DNA of 64,000 nucleotides from Mesotaenium endlicherianum. Taxonomy: Eukaryota. Under the pieces are notes generated by a model that worked only from the letters and a program-made list of their open reading frames with translations, was not told the DNA's origin and ran no database searches. The DNA is taken from contig WELA01001627.1 in NCBI GenBank assembly GCA_009602735.1, forward strand, positions 97,578-161,577, in the 5' to 3' direction. This document shows positions 1 through 10,602 of the stretch, piece by piece. Position numbers and translations under genes: made by a program. Numbering within the stretch: the first letter of the stretch is position 1; each line of letters opens with the position of its first letter.

Positions 1-79
<79 letters not shown>

Positions 80-82
80 GAC

Positions 83-132
<50 letters not shown>
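1..132. repeat. (AG)n/(AGAC)n microsatellite, probably intronic in the exonuclease gene
   Basis: Direct inspection of the sequence. Confidence 0.95.
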
Positions 133-135
<3 letters not shown>

Positions 136-219
136 CAAAGGGCTACTCAGCATAGCACAGTGGGGCCGGCGAGCAGGCAGGCGGGCGGGCAGTGGCAGCA
201 CCACCTGCTGGTTGCTTGC

Positions 220-1443
220 CGGGAAAGACTTTCTTGGCCAGGTCCCGCAACGTGTCGAGAAACTGCCAGTGGGAGGGCAGCGCCACCCCACAGCGCTCGA
301 ATTCGTCGCGCAGAACACGCACGTCAAAGCGGCGCGCGTTGTGTGCCGCCAGCAGCAGAGGCGTGCCTGGCCGGCGCCGGCTCTCCACCCACGCCACCAC
401 CACGAGCGCCACCTTCTTCCAGCTGCACCCCCACCCACACGCGTGCAAGCAACGACATCTTGGTTGCATGCACGCATGCATGCAGGCGTGTCGTCACAGC
501 AAGAGGCACACAAACACACACACACACACACACCCCTGAGACAGGAGAAGGTCATCGAGCAAGTGAGAGCATTCATATGATGCTCAGTCACGCACCTGGC
601 CTTGTCTGCCACCATCTTGTCATCGATGTTATGAATTTGAGTGGCCCCATACGGAATATTCAGCTCCGGATTCACAAGGGTCTCCATCCTACTACTGTCA
701 CCCCCCCCCAGATCTCGGAGAGCTATTTCTAGAATCCTGCAGCCCCCATGTAAGCCGGTTGTTTCAAGGTCAAAGCATATGACCGTTGGGTGCAGTTGCT
801 CAATGTCTACAACTGAGCTGCTCTCCAAGCCCTCGGCCAAATTATCTCCCACGTGCTCACAAGCTGACTGCCTGTGTTCATCACTTCCTGAAGCTAACTC
901 TATGGAGGCCCTCGCATGTGTCCTCCTGGCATCACGAGCAATACTAGGATGCGCCTTGGCCACTTTTACAGCAGCACCAAAAGCAAACCTTGCACCCGTA
1001 TGGACTCTCTTTGCTGGCAACGGAGCACCAAGATGGGGCGCTAATCTGCTCCTTGAGCCACGGACAGGTCGGGCCTGGCAAGCATCGAGGCTTCGATTTC
1101 GGGTACTAAAAGAATCACTGGCCACAACCAAACACGGACTTCTGCCAGGTGACAAGGTGCTCCGTGCCACTTTGGGAAGTCGGCCAGCTTGCCTTCGACA
1201 CTGCCTCCCAGCTTGCCTTGTCAGCAAAGCATGACACAAAGCGAACATACTCAGTACTGCACACTTCCCACGGGGAAAATTGTCTTTGATCGCTTCGTTT
1301 TTGTTGGCCTGCAGGCTGACAGGACAGCAGAGCGGGACCGACAGGCTTGCAGTAACATGGCTGCCAAAGAAGAAACCTGACCCGGTCTTGAAAAACTGTG
1401 AATTCACTGGAGCTGCGGCATGGCCCGTCACGAAGTTATTCAT
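220..1443 (-). CDS. DPD1: DEDDh 3'-5' exonuclease, DPD1-like (organellar DNA degradation); exon 1 1443-596, exon 2 422 to about 220; 3' end outside window
   Basis: The minus frame from ATG 1443 is open to the window edge, which explains its absence from the ORF track. It encodes VICFDLETTGLHGGCRILEIALRDLGGGDSSRMETLVNP...IHNIDDKMV (ExoI). A GT donor at 595 and AG acceptor at 423 join in phase to WVESRRRPGTPLLLAAHNARRFD...EFERCG...WQFLDTL (ExoII), closely resembling plant DPD1 as I recall it. There is a long Ser/Ala-rich N-terminal extension. The end of exon 2 is uncertain (possible GC donor at 219). Confidence 0.8.
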
Positions 1444-2300
1444 GGTCGCCGTTATTTGTGGAATACCATAATAGCTGGAGGCAGAAGGAACCTATCCTTA
1501 TGCCTTTCATGGTAACGAGCAGAATGGAGCAGGCGACTTCATCACTAGCTGTAACGTTTCATGGAATAAGCTGTATCACATGAAGAGAGAGTTGCAGGTC
1601 CCTTTCCTCCAGTAGCCCATCCCTGCGGCACGACGAAGTGTCCTCACAGCGTCGCGCTCTGCGACAAGCTACATATACAGTGTGCTCTCCAACAAGCAAG
1701 CTTGGAGCAGCTCAATTTCGAGCGGGAACCCGTTGGCACTTCAATTTTACTGGAAATCAGCTAAGAAAAATGCCGTACGAATAATATGTGAAGAATTCCT
1801 GCCTTCAACTTGGCTCGAAGGTGGAGTGACGGACTAGACGTGTACGCATACAGTGATTGCCACAGCCAAGCCACAAGTGCTATTTCCGAAAATTAAGAGC
1901 GATCATTCCTTCAATCTTCAAAGTGGAAATCTAAAGAAAACAACCCCCAAACTTTTGAAACATTTGAAAAATACCATGTGTCGTGCCTAACAGCGTCGGA
2001 CCCCTGGCTCGTGCGTGGCTTCTCAGCACATGTGCCTTCAACCCGGTCTTCGTGTCGGCGGTCCCTTCCTCGTGCGGGTATTCCCTGGTCGTTTGGTCGA
2101 TGCGTAGCTGCACGTGGGAAATTGACCGAGTTGATGGACCCCTGCACGTGTGTCGTTGGCGAAGTGGCTGGGAGTTGACCCATTCCTGGTCTTCCTGCAC
2201 TTGCATCATGCGGTGAAGCATCCCACACTCAGTGCTTCCCATGCTCAACCAGTTCCTCATTCCACCCTACCAACACTTGGTAGAAATTTTCCAAAACGTT

Positions 2301-3330
2301 ACCTCAAGACTGGGGCCGTTACCAGCCGCTCCTTGAGCTCGTTCATGGCCTTCTCCTGGGCTTCCGTCCACACAAAAGGTACGTCCTTTTTCAGGAGTTA
2401 TGTCAAGGGTTTAGCAATTTTGCTATAGTCCTTCACAAACTTACGATAGTATCTGCTTAGCCCTAACAAAGCTTTCAGCTTAGACACATTCGCCGGTGCA
2501 GGTTTCTTGTAAATGACTTCAGCCTTTACAGCCTGAGGGGACATAGCATTGTTCCCAATCTCATGTCCTAAGTAAGGCACATGTGCCTCAAAGAATCTGC
2601 ACTTTCCAGGGTGCAGCGTCATCTGGAATTTCTCCAGGCGCTGGAACACTTGCTCCAAGTGCTCGAGGTGCTCCTCTATGGACTTGTTGAACACCACTAC
2701 GTCATCAATGTATGGTTTTGCAAAATCCAGCCCCTCAGCACTTTATCCATAGTCCTTTGAAAGATGGCTGGGGCATTTTTCAACCCAAACGGCATTACCG
2801 TCCATTGCCAAAGTTCCCTTTGAGCCCAGAAAGCGGTCTTACCTCAATCTTCTGTTTTCATAGGATTCTGGTTGAAACCTTGGCGTAGATCGATGATGCT
2901 GAACACCTTCCCGATGGTAGCAATCGCAAAGATCCGCTCTGGTGTAAACATCACATAGCTGTCTGGCTCCGTGTGAAGATTCAGTCGCCTGTAATCTCCA
3001 CACATATGAGTGGATGTATAATTGCCAGCCTCGTCCTTCTTGGCAACTACTACTGTGGGAGCTCCATGTACTGAGGTTGATTTCTCAATCATATCGAGCT
3101 TGTGCAGCTCCTGGCAAGTTTTCTCCACACAGTCCCATTTGGTCTGACTGAGCTTATGCGGCCCAAGTTTGACTGTGTTATCAGTAGTTAGTGTGATCTC
3201 ACACACACTGGCAGTGGTTCTACCAATCTCCTCCTTGGTAAAAGCAAACACCTTGCGGTGCTTTTTCAGCAGCCTTTCTACTTGTGCTCTCTGTTGGGCT
3301 GAGGCCATTTTTCCAATGGTGAAAACCTCA
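2301..3330 (-). pseudogene. Ty3/Gypsy reverse transcriptase and connection domain (frameshifted)
   Basis: MCGDYRRLN, FSIIDLRQGFNQ, MPFGLKNAPAIFQ, KPYIDDVVVF (about 2692-2718), YLGHEI, LGLSRYYRKFV; split over several frames. Confidence 0.9.
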
Positions 3331-5530
3331 GTTCCGGCTGCTTTTCCCCAACACAGGCATCCAGTAGTTGCTACTCTTTGGGTTCAGGTGGGGGCTTTTT
3401 GTCCTCATCCTGGCCTTCAGGCTATCTGCCTGATTGTTAGGAGGCGGAGTGGCAGGCTTCGTAGCTTGCTCCTCCGCTGATTTAGGCTCGGCGGCCTGCA
3501 TCCTAGGCTTTTTACCTATTCCAATGGATCGTCGCCTCTCGTGTTGAGTGGGGTATGTCAGACGCCTCCGGATGGGCTGCCTCAAGAACCTTTCTTCATC
3601 CGCTGCAATCCAGCTGGTCCCTGTTCCTCCCTCTTCACGTGGCGGGGGCAGGTTTGGCAAAGGCCACCCTGCTGGATCTGCTCTGGGGTCAATTGTCCAA
3701 CCCCATTCGCGCTCAATGGTAGCAATGCGCGCAGCGGTTGCGCCAAACTCCTTCCTGGCTAGTGGCGTAACCGTCCATGCTTGTGTCAAAGTCTGGGGTC
3801 TTTGAGCCGCAGCTAGTTGTGCGTATCTAGCATTCTCTGCTGTCAAGCGGCTTATGGTGCTTCTCAGCTCTACCAATTCCCTTTCAGAAACTGCAGATGT
3901 CCTAGGAGCTGAACTGTCCTTCTCCCACGTTCCAGTGGATGAAGGACGCACCATGGGAATGTGAATTCCCAGTGCCATGGCTTTGCAAATCAAGCCATCC
4001 TCTCCTTTTCTCTGCAAAATCTCCAGGATAGGTTGCGGAGGAGGAGCCATGGTTCCTTTCGGAACTTCTTCTCTCTGAGCTGTTCCCTTATACTTGAGAT
4101 AACGCATCAGCATCCGCCTGAAGGGTGCATTCCCTTTCCGGGCCACCTTTCTTGGTTTGCTTGCACGACCGCAAGAATTACCTTGTGTTGGTTCCATCTT
4201 AGCGATACAGGCAGCCACTTCTTGCGGCTGTTGTAGCTGATGGGGGGTAGCTTCTGGTGCTGGAAAATTGGCGGTTGGGGTGCTGGGTGTAGGCGACCTC
4301 AGATCGTTGTATAGATCTGATGGGCTGGGCCCCTCCATTATCAAGTGATCGGCCACCCAGTCATCCGTCCTGAGCTCTTGTAGCTCCAACAGATCTAGCT
4401 CTGGGTAGGGAAACGTGGAATTTCTTCCTAAATCTCCTCTTCATTGGTGACTGACGGCAAGTCGAACCCTGGAAGGTCTGGCATCTCTGCCTCGTCTTCA
4501 ACTAACTTCTCCACTCCAGGTGGTGGTGGCTCTTCATCATCATCTGTGTTGAGCTTCGCCAAGTTGACAAGGGCTGATTGCAGCGTGCTTGCTACCTTAC
4601 CCACTTTCTTTTCCTTGTGCTGTCGAGCGTCTGCTTCCAGCTTTTGCTCCATGATCTGCCTTGTGATGGATTCAACTGTCTCACTGGCTGAACCCTGCTG
4701 TTGCCCCTTAGCCTGCGGCTCTGGGCTCATCAAGGCAGGTGTTGTAGACAATTTCTTGTCCAACTCCTCCTGGCGTACTTCGAGGCATATGGTCTTTGCA
4801 GACCCTCCAGAATCTCCTGAATTCTGGCTACTCTCTTCATCCCATTCACCAATATTGCACTGGCGTTCTCGCACTGATACTTGGTACAGATTATTCTTCA
4901 AGCGTTGGCTCAGGGGTCTTCTTCTCAGACTCTTCTGACATGTCTTGTAACGGCGCTCGCTCTGGTGAAGACGATAGACACAATTGGTTAGCTTCCCAGC
5001 TACTTGAGCTTTCCTGCCAGTAGTCTCCGCGCCCAGTTGCTCTTGGACTGAGGTGGGTATCATACCCTGATCTGGCATCTTCTAGAGTCTCCTTACGCCT
5101 TGATGTCGTGGCTCCGGAAGGTGGGCTCCCAAATATCTGACTGTGAGTGACGTTTCTCACAGATGACGGGGTGTCCTGCGTATCGTCTTCTGCGCTTGGC
5201 AGCGGCGTGCTAAGGCGCCTGGTCCCCCATGGGTGTATCCTCTCTTTCCAGAGGTGCTTGTAATTCATTGGTTTGGTTATCGATCCGGTCCAACAGATCC
5301 TGGCATCTCATCAATTCAGCCACCCCAGCTTCCCTGAATGCTCTGTCTCTGGCAGCTTCCGCTGCGTCTCTTTGCACACCGTATTCTTCTTGTTGCTGAT
5401 GTGCCGTCCTGATAGCCCTCTGATTAGATGTCGGCACCACATGGACCCCAATTGTCACTGGTCTTGGCCTCGGCATAGGCTTGTCAGTGAAGGTCAACAA
5501 CGTCATGATTGTTTCCACCAACCAAGTCAT
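3328..5530 (-). other. About 2.2 kb of unassigned coding-like sequence between DNMT and RT
   Basis: Chain of long minus-strand ORFs (353, 216, 125 and 106 aa) with no recognisable motif. Confidence 0.4.
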
Positions 5531-5536
5531 AGAGTG

Positions 5537-6470
5537 CTACCCAATCATGTTGCGGAAAATCTTTGCAGCTTCATCCAACCCTACAACACCGGCTATATGC
5601 CGAGCTATGGTGTCGGGTATTTCAAGGCATTTGCCCTTCTCCACCGCACTAGGCTCTCTCCAAACGGCATCTCTTTCATGCATGTCTTTGACCATTCCTG
5701 GTCCACCTCCTATGAAGGCTCGGGTTCTTGGATATGCTGTGAAGGTTGGCAGTACCACCCTTGGCTGACCTAGTTCATTGATGACACACTTTGGATAGGA
5801 ATCCCTCTTAGTCACTGGTCTAGTATGCACCGCTAGCGCCTCTTCCACTGTCAATGCCGTCGGTGATCGCCGTGTAACGTCCTCCATCTCTCTTCGGACC
5901 TCAATGGACATGCCGTTGGTCCAACAATATTCTGGCCCTATGGGATAATCCTCCGTGCTTGGCGTCATTGATGAGCACATGATGGCCCAAAGTGGAGTCG
6001 AAAATCAACCATGGTTCTCCCGGCTTCATCTGCTTGTAATCCATTCCTGGATGCACATTCTCAATCACACACTGGTGGGTAGTAGTGCTGTCGTTCCCGC
6101 AGCATGCTGATGATTTTCACCATCCATCCCCAGTGTTGTGCTCGTGGATCACTAAATCCCCTCCTGTTTCCAGCTTGAGAATAAGGTTGACACGGAAATC
6201 CAGCGAAGATCCAGTCAATCTTGTAGCCATACAGGCCTTCAGGCTTCACATCAATAATGTTGCCTCCGGCAATGCGCTCGACATTGATATATGCGGGCAC
6301 CAACCCTTTAAAATGATGCATTTGCCGCATCTGACTCATGACTTCTCTGAATGCTAGAAAAGCGTGGTCATCAGTGTTCACATACAAGACTTCGGCCACC
6401 TGTATTCCTCGCTGGACCAATGCTATGGTCCCAGACCCAAGTCCGGCAAATAGTTACAACACCACCACTC
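5537..6470 (-). pseudogene. C5-cytosine DNA methyltransferase domain inside the retrotransposon pol region
   Basis: Motif I VVL*LFAGLGSG (FAGLG at 6436-6450); motif IV IFAGFPCQPYSQAG (PCQ at 6187-6195); motif VI VIENV (6054-6062, after a frameshift); motif VIII-like DAKHGGLSHRAR; IX/X-like REPSAVEKGKCLEIP...FRNMIG. Confidence 0.88.
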
Positions 6471-6619
6471 CCCTTTTGCAAAAAGGATCTTCCATCCTGA
6501 CAATGCCTTGCGGCAGCGGCTCCACTCCAGGCATCAGATCCAGTGGAGGTAACTGGGTAGGGTACTGGCAGCAACTCTTGCAGGCCGCGGTCCCTATTAC
6601 TCACAGTTTCCAGCTGCTT

Positions 6620-7306
6620 CATGATCCGAGGTTGCCATACCAAGGGTGTTGGCATGTTGATGCTCATATAGCCTTCCTCTTCTTGCTTCACGATGTTGTT
6701 GCAGGCTTCTGGGTACCTGTCGTTAACGCAGCAGTCTAGCAGTCCGCAGTTTGCTTCTTCCGTGCAAACCATCTTCACAGGAATTTCTCCTGCCGGCTGC
6801 CGATCTGTTGACTGGTAAGTCACCTTCTGTTTCCGCAGATCAATGACCATACCCAAGGGAATCACTGCTTCTGTTCCCAAGAGAACATCATAGTTCTCTG
6901 CCTCCGTCACTGTGCACTCCATGAGTAGTGACGCCTCTTCAGGTTTTCCTGAATTTATAGTGACTTTCACAGGCTTGCGGGTAATCCCACAAGACTTTGA
7001 GACTTGTCCTGAGACAGTTCTCAACGGGAAAGGACTCTCTTTTAGGTCCCTTGCCGTCAATCCTAGAGCTTTCACAGCTCGCTTTCCCAAGATGACTGGC
7101 TGTGCGCCTGTATCCAAGAAAATGTTGGGAGCTGCCCAGTTGTTGAAGATTAATGCACCATCCCTATTCTGCACTCTCACGGTGCTAAAACTGGTGGGCA
7201 ATGAGGCGCTATTTGCACCCTCCTCAGCTATATCCAGCTGATGTCCGGCTTCTTCAACCGTGAATGGGTAAGTGATGCAAATCAACGAGAGATAGCAAAG
7301 GAGCAT
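6620..7306 (-). pseudogene. Retropepsin aspartic protease of the DNMT-Gypsy element
   Basis: IFLDTGAQPVILG ... YDVLLGTE. Confidence 0.85.
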
Positions 7307-9257
7307 GCTGGATCCGGTGTTCCACCAGGGCCTTCAGCTTCTCCAGCGAGAAACTAAATGTCTTACGCGTCCCGGGCCTGGCTTGTCGTAGCTGCAAGAT
7401 CTCATTTTCATCTAGAGTGATCCGGAAAGTCTGAGGAAGCTTCCCAGCATTCCTTGGCACCAGACGATTGTGATCCTCTTGCTCGGCAGCCGTTGCGTCC
7501 ACAACCTTTTCAGGCATCAGCTTCTCGCCTTTGCAGACGGTCTTTTCTGCATAATCTGCATCATAGTAGACATTGGGCGCATTTAGTTTCGCAAACTGAG
7601 CTTTCAAGTCTGCGATTTCTGCACTCAAAGCTTCATGCTCTTGGTTACCCTTGCGATTACCAGAGCCACCCTTTTCTTTCTTATTTTCCTTGTCTGCCTT
7701 GTTCATGGCAGCATTTGCCCATGGCGGCTTTAGATTTGGGTTCTTAGACCACCATTCATCTTCCGAGTGTCCCTTCTTGCTGCAATGTACGCATATCTGC
7801 TCCTTGCTAGCAGATAGTTGCTTAGCATCTGGGTACGGACAGTCTCTCTTCTGATGTCCTGATTTTCCGCAATTCCAACAGCTCTCTGCTGTTTCAGCAG
7901 TGTTGGTATGCTTAGCAAACTTATTGAAAGACCCGCTCGTTTTCTTAAACTGAAAATTAGAGCTGTTGGCCTTAGGCGGAGAGGATTCCTCCCTCCTCTC
8001 AGGAGCCATAAGCGTCTTGGAAGCCTCCTTGTACCACACTTTACCTTCTTCGACATTACGTGCTATTTCAGCCGCCTCGTTGATGACCCAGTCAATCCCG
8101 TGCTTTGCGGACAGATGTGGCCTGACTTCACGATCTGTTTCCTTGCCCAAGCACAACAAAAACTTGTCAAACACTCTTGTGGATTCGTATATTTTTGCCT
8201 TTTTGGCAAGGTCTACCAATCTGGATTTAACCTCTATGACTGTCTCGTTCTTCTGACGGACAAAATGCACATAACGGTGCACCTTAAGACTGCGATCCTC
8301 TGGGAATCGTGCTTCAAGCAACTTAAAGAAACGGCGAAGACAATGCTTGGGGTCTAGCTGGTCGTCCCCAGCCTCCATATCCTTACGACAGCTAGCCAAG
8401 GCTTGCGCATGGCTTGCCTCTGTCGTGGCGCTATCGTGTTGCTGATCGTGAAGAGGTGCAGCTCTGCGCGTTACTCGTTCCTGAGCATTAGCAATCTTGT
8501 CAGGCAGTTCCGCACACACCTTTCGCAACTCTGCGACAGAACCGGCATCATCGTTCTGAGTCGCAGCCTTTTGTTGACCCTTAGTGAGTTGCCTCGTGGC
8601 CTCTGTTAATTCTTGTGTTAGTGCAGCTAGGTCTATGCTCTCAACAGGTGCAGTTGTCACTGTTCTTCCTGAAGATAAAGCAGACATTTGGGCTTTCGCA
8701 GCCTCTTTCTGGATTTTCAAATCCCTTGCCCTTTTTGGTTCCCCAAATGCCCATTCCTGGGTGAGATCCTCACCCTTCCAGAATTGGCGATATAGCAGCA
8801 GGGCATCCTTGTCCAAGTACTGAAGCAAGCCTATAAATGCGACAGATTGCGTATAAAAAGAATCCTTCCAAATCTTCTCAAAGAATTCTGTCCAATAGAT
8901 CTCATCAAACTCTTTGAAAGTGAGACCGTTTCCGCTGGTTCGTCCACGAAAACACTTTGCAGACAGCTTGAACTTAGGATTTTCATCTCGATCATCATCG
9001 GCCATTTCGAACGGTGACCAGGACTCACTGACTCTTCTCCACACGTCTTACTCTCTGCCCAAGTCAGGTGCAAAGGCTCGTGTGTTATCCGGGTTCTCAC
9101 CGCTTGCGGAGATATGACAAGATTCGTCTCTCGACGGTTGCTCATTCCACCGGTTGTCAGTATGCTCAGACGTCTCACTTCGTCGTGGACTCGGGCTAAA
9201 ATCAGAACATTCTGCAGGCTCCACAGAGGGGTAGAGTCTTCCACTCCTCAACCGCAT
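7254..9257 (-). pseudogene. Gag of the DNMT-Gypsy element (one in-frame stop at 9048-9050)
   Basis: Starts MRLRSGR at 9257 and continues in frame into the 596-aa ORF. Zinc knuckles CWNCGKSGHQKRDC and degenerate CVHCSKKGHSEDEW. Confidence 0.82.
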
Positions 9258-9755
9258 ATACAGTTGAATTTCTCCAGGTCCCCTTCCAGGTTGAACACCG
9301 ACAGCCTTCACAAGCCTCAATCCCCAACTGACTTAAGAATTCTTGCTCACCTGAACCAATCAACAAGTTCTCAGAAGTAGGACAGAAGCGTCTTACTTCC
9401 ACACAGGCTTTTGCCCAAGTTGAGGGTTTACAGAATGAACAATCAAGTTTGTAGTTTGCAGAAATCACGTCTAAGCAGCTTAACAGGCAATGCCAGGTTC
9501 ATAGAAAATCGCCCTTCAAGGCTTTCGCTTAACTTTCACGAGTCACAGCTTACAAAACTCTGAAATTGCACATCTATGCTGGCCTGGTCTGAGCTCTTCA
9601 CTCAACATCGCGCCTTAACAGCTCTTCACTGCTCGGTTAGGCTCAATCAGGTCTTCACTGAGAGCTTTACTTGTTAAGACTACTCTTGCTATCAGCAATT
9701 CGACACTTGAGACTTCTGAGAACTTGGAAACTAACACAGCACTCACCATTTTAAG

Positions 9756-10602
9756 TGACCCTCGCACGCTTGTGACGTTTGACCAAAAATTTGTGCTAAT
9801 CTCCTAACAAATTCTATTCTGCAGTTCTCTACTTTCTACCAGCAAGATCCTCCCTTGGGAACTTCTAAGGTGTAACCTTTTTATGATACACTTAGGAAGA
9901 AATCTTCCAGCTTCGGCAGAAGCGTGGCGCCCCGGCTCTTCTATGGCCTTGGGAACTTCTCCTTCTTCACGCTCCTTCTGCTCCTTGAGCTTCCTTTGAC
10001 AACGATGCGAGCAAGAATGAGGCAGCTTCAGGCAAGACTCGTGCCTTTTACAGGCACCACACATTATCCTCTCTCGAGAATGCCAGTGCTTAGTCACAGT
10101 GCTTAGCTTGCATGCCGTCCTTACCTAGCAGCTCGCACACAGCTTAGGAGTTGTTATTCAGCATGCATGCATGCCTTGGGATTGTTGCGAGTGACCGCTT
10201 AGCCCTTCACCTGACAATCACGCCTATGTGGCTGGCTGGCAGCGTTTAAGATAGACGCTCAAGCCGTGACTAGTCACCTGAGGGTCTTGGCCGAGGTGGC
10301 ACACAACGCCTCTGCAACATCCCTGATGTACTTGGCTTAGATAGCCAATTGATCAGTACCTTCCTTGGCACTTGCTGGACTGGCTCATTGCTAGTTCCAT
10401 ACCTCTAGCCTTTTGGCTGACTACTCCGTCCAAATCCCCATCCATCCTTGGGTGTGGGTTTGACGTGTTGTGACCACTTTGACAATGATAACGATTTTGA
10501 CATGGCCGCTGACTGAGATAACTCGGTCCTTTGGTGAGTGAGTCAACGTTGACTTCCCGTACCTGGGCGGCCGTGGCTTGCGCTGTGCGTGTGGCACTGT
10601 CA
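9756..10602 (-). repeat. 5' LTR of the DNMT-Gypsy element (LTR family C)
   Basis: Minus-strand TGAC...GTCA termini, followed by a PBS-like TGGTGAG a few nt downstream. Homologous to 24595-25500. Confidence 0.65.

Larger units (their letters stand above)
2301..10602 (-). mobile_element. 3'-truncated Ty3/Gypsy LTR retrotransposon carrying a C5-DNA methyltransferase (LTR-gag-PR-DNMT-unknown-RT)
   Basis: LTR, CCHC gag, DTG protease, DNMT motifs and YIDD RT are collinear on the minus strand. Homology breaks off after ...ELKERLVTAPVLR; no RNase H core, integrase or 3' LTR was seen. Confidence 0.85.

Noticed and set aside
160..1234. Plus-strand ORFs of 190-197 aa
   Set aside because: Antisense shadows of the exonuclease exons.
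1800..2300. Possible 3' LTR of the DNMT-Gypsy element
   Set aside because: No visible similarity to 9756-10602 and no PPT or TG...CA boundaries.
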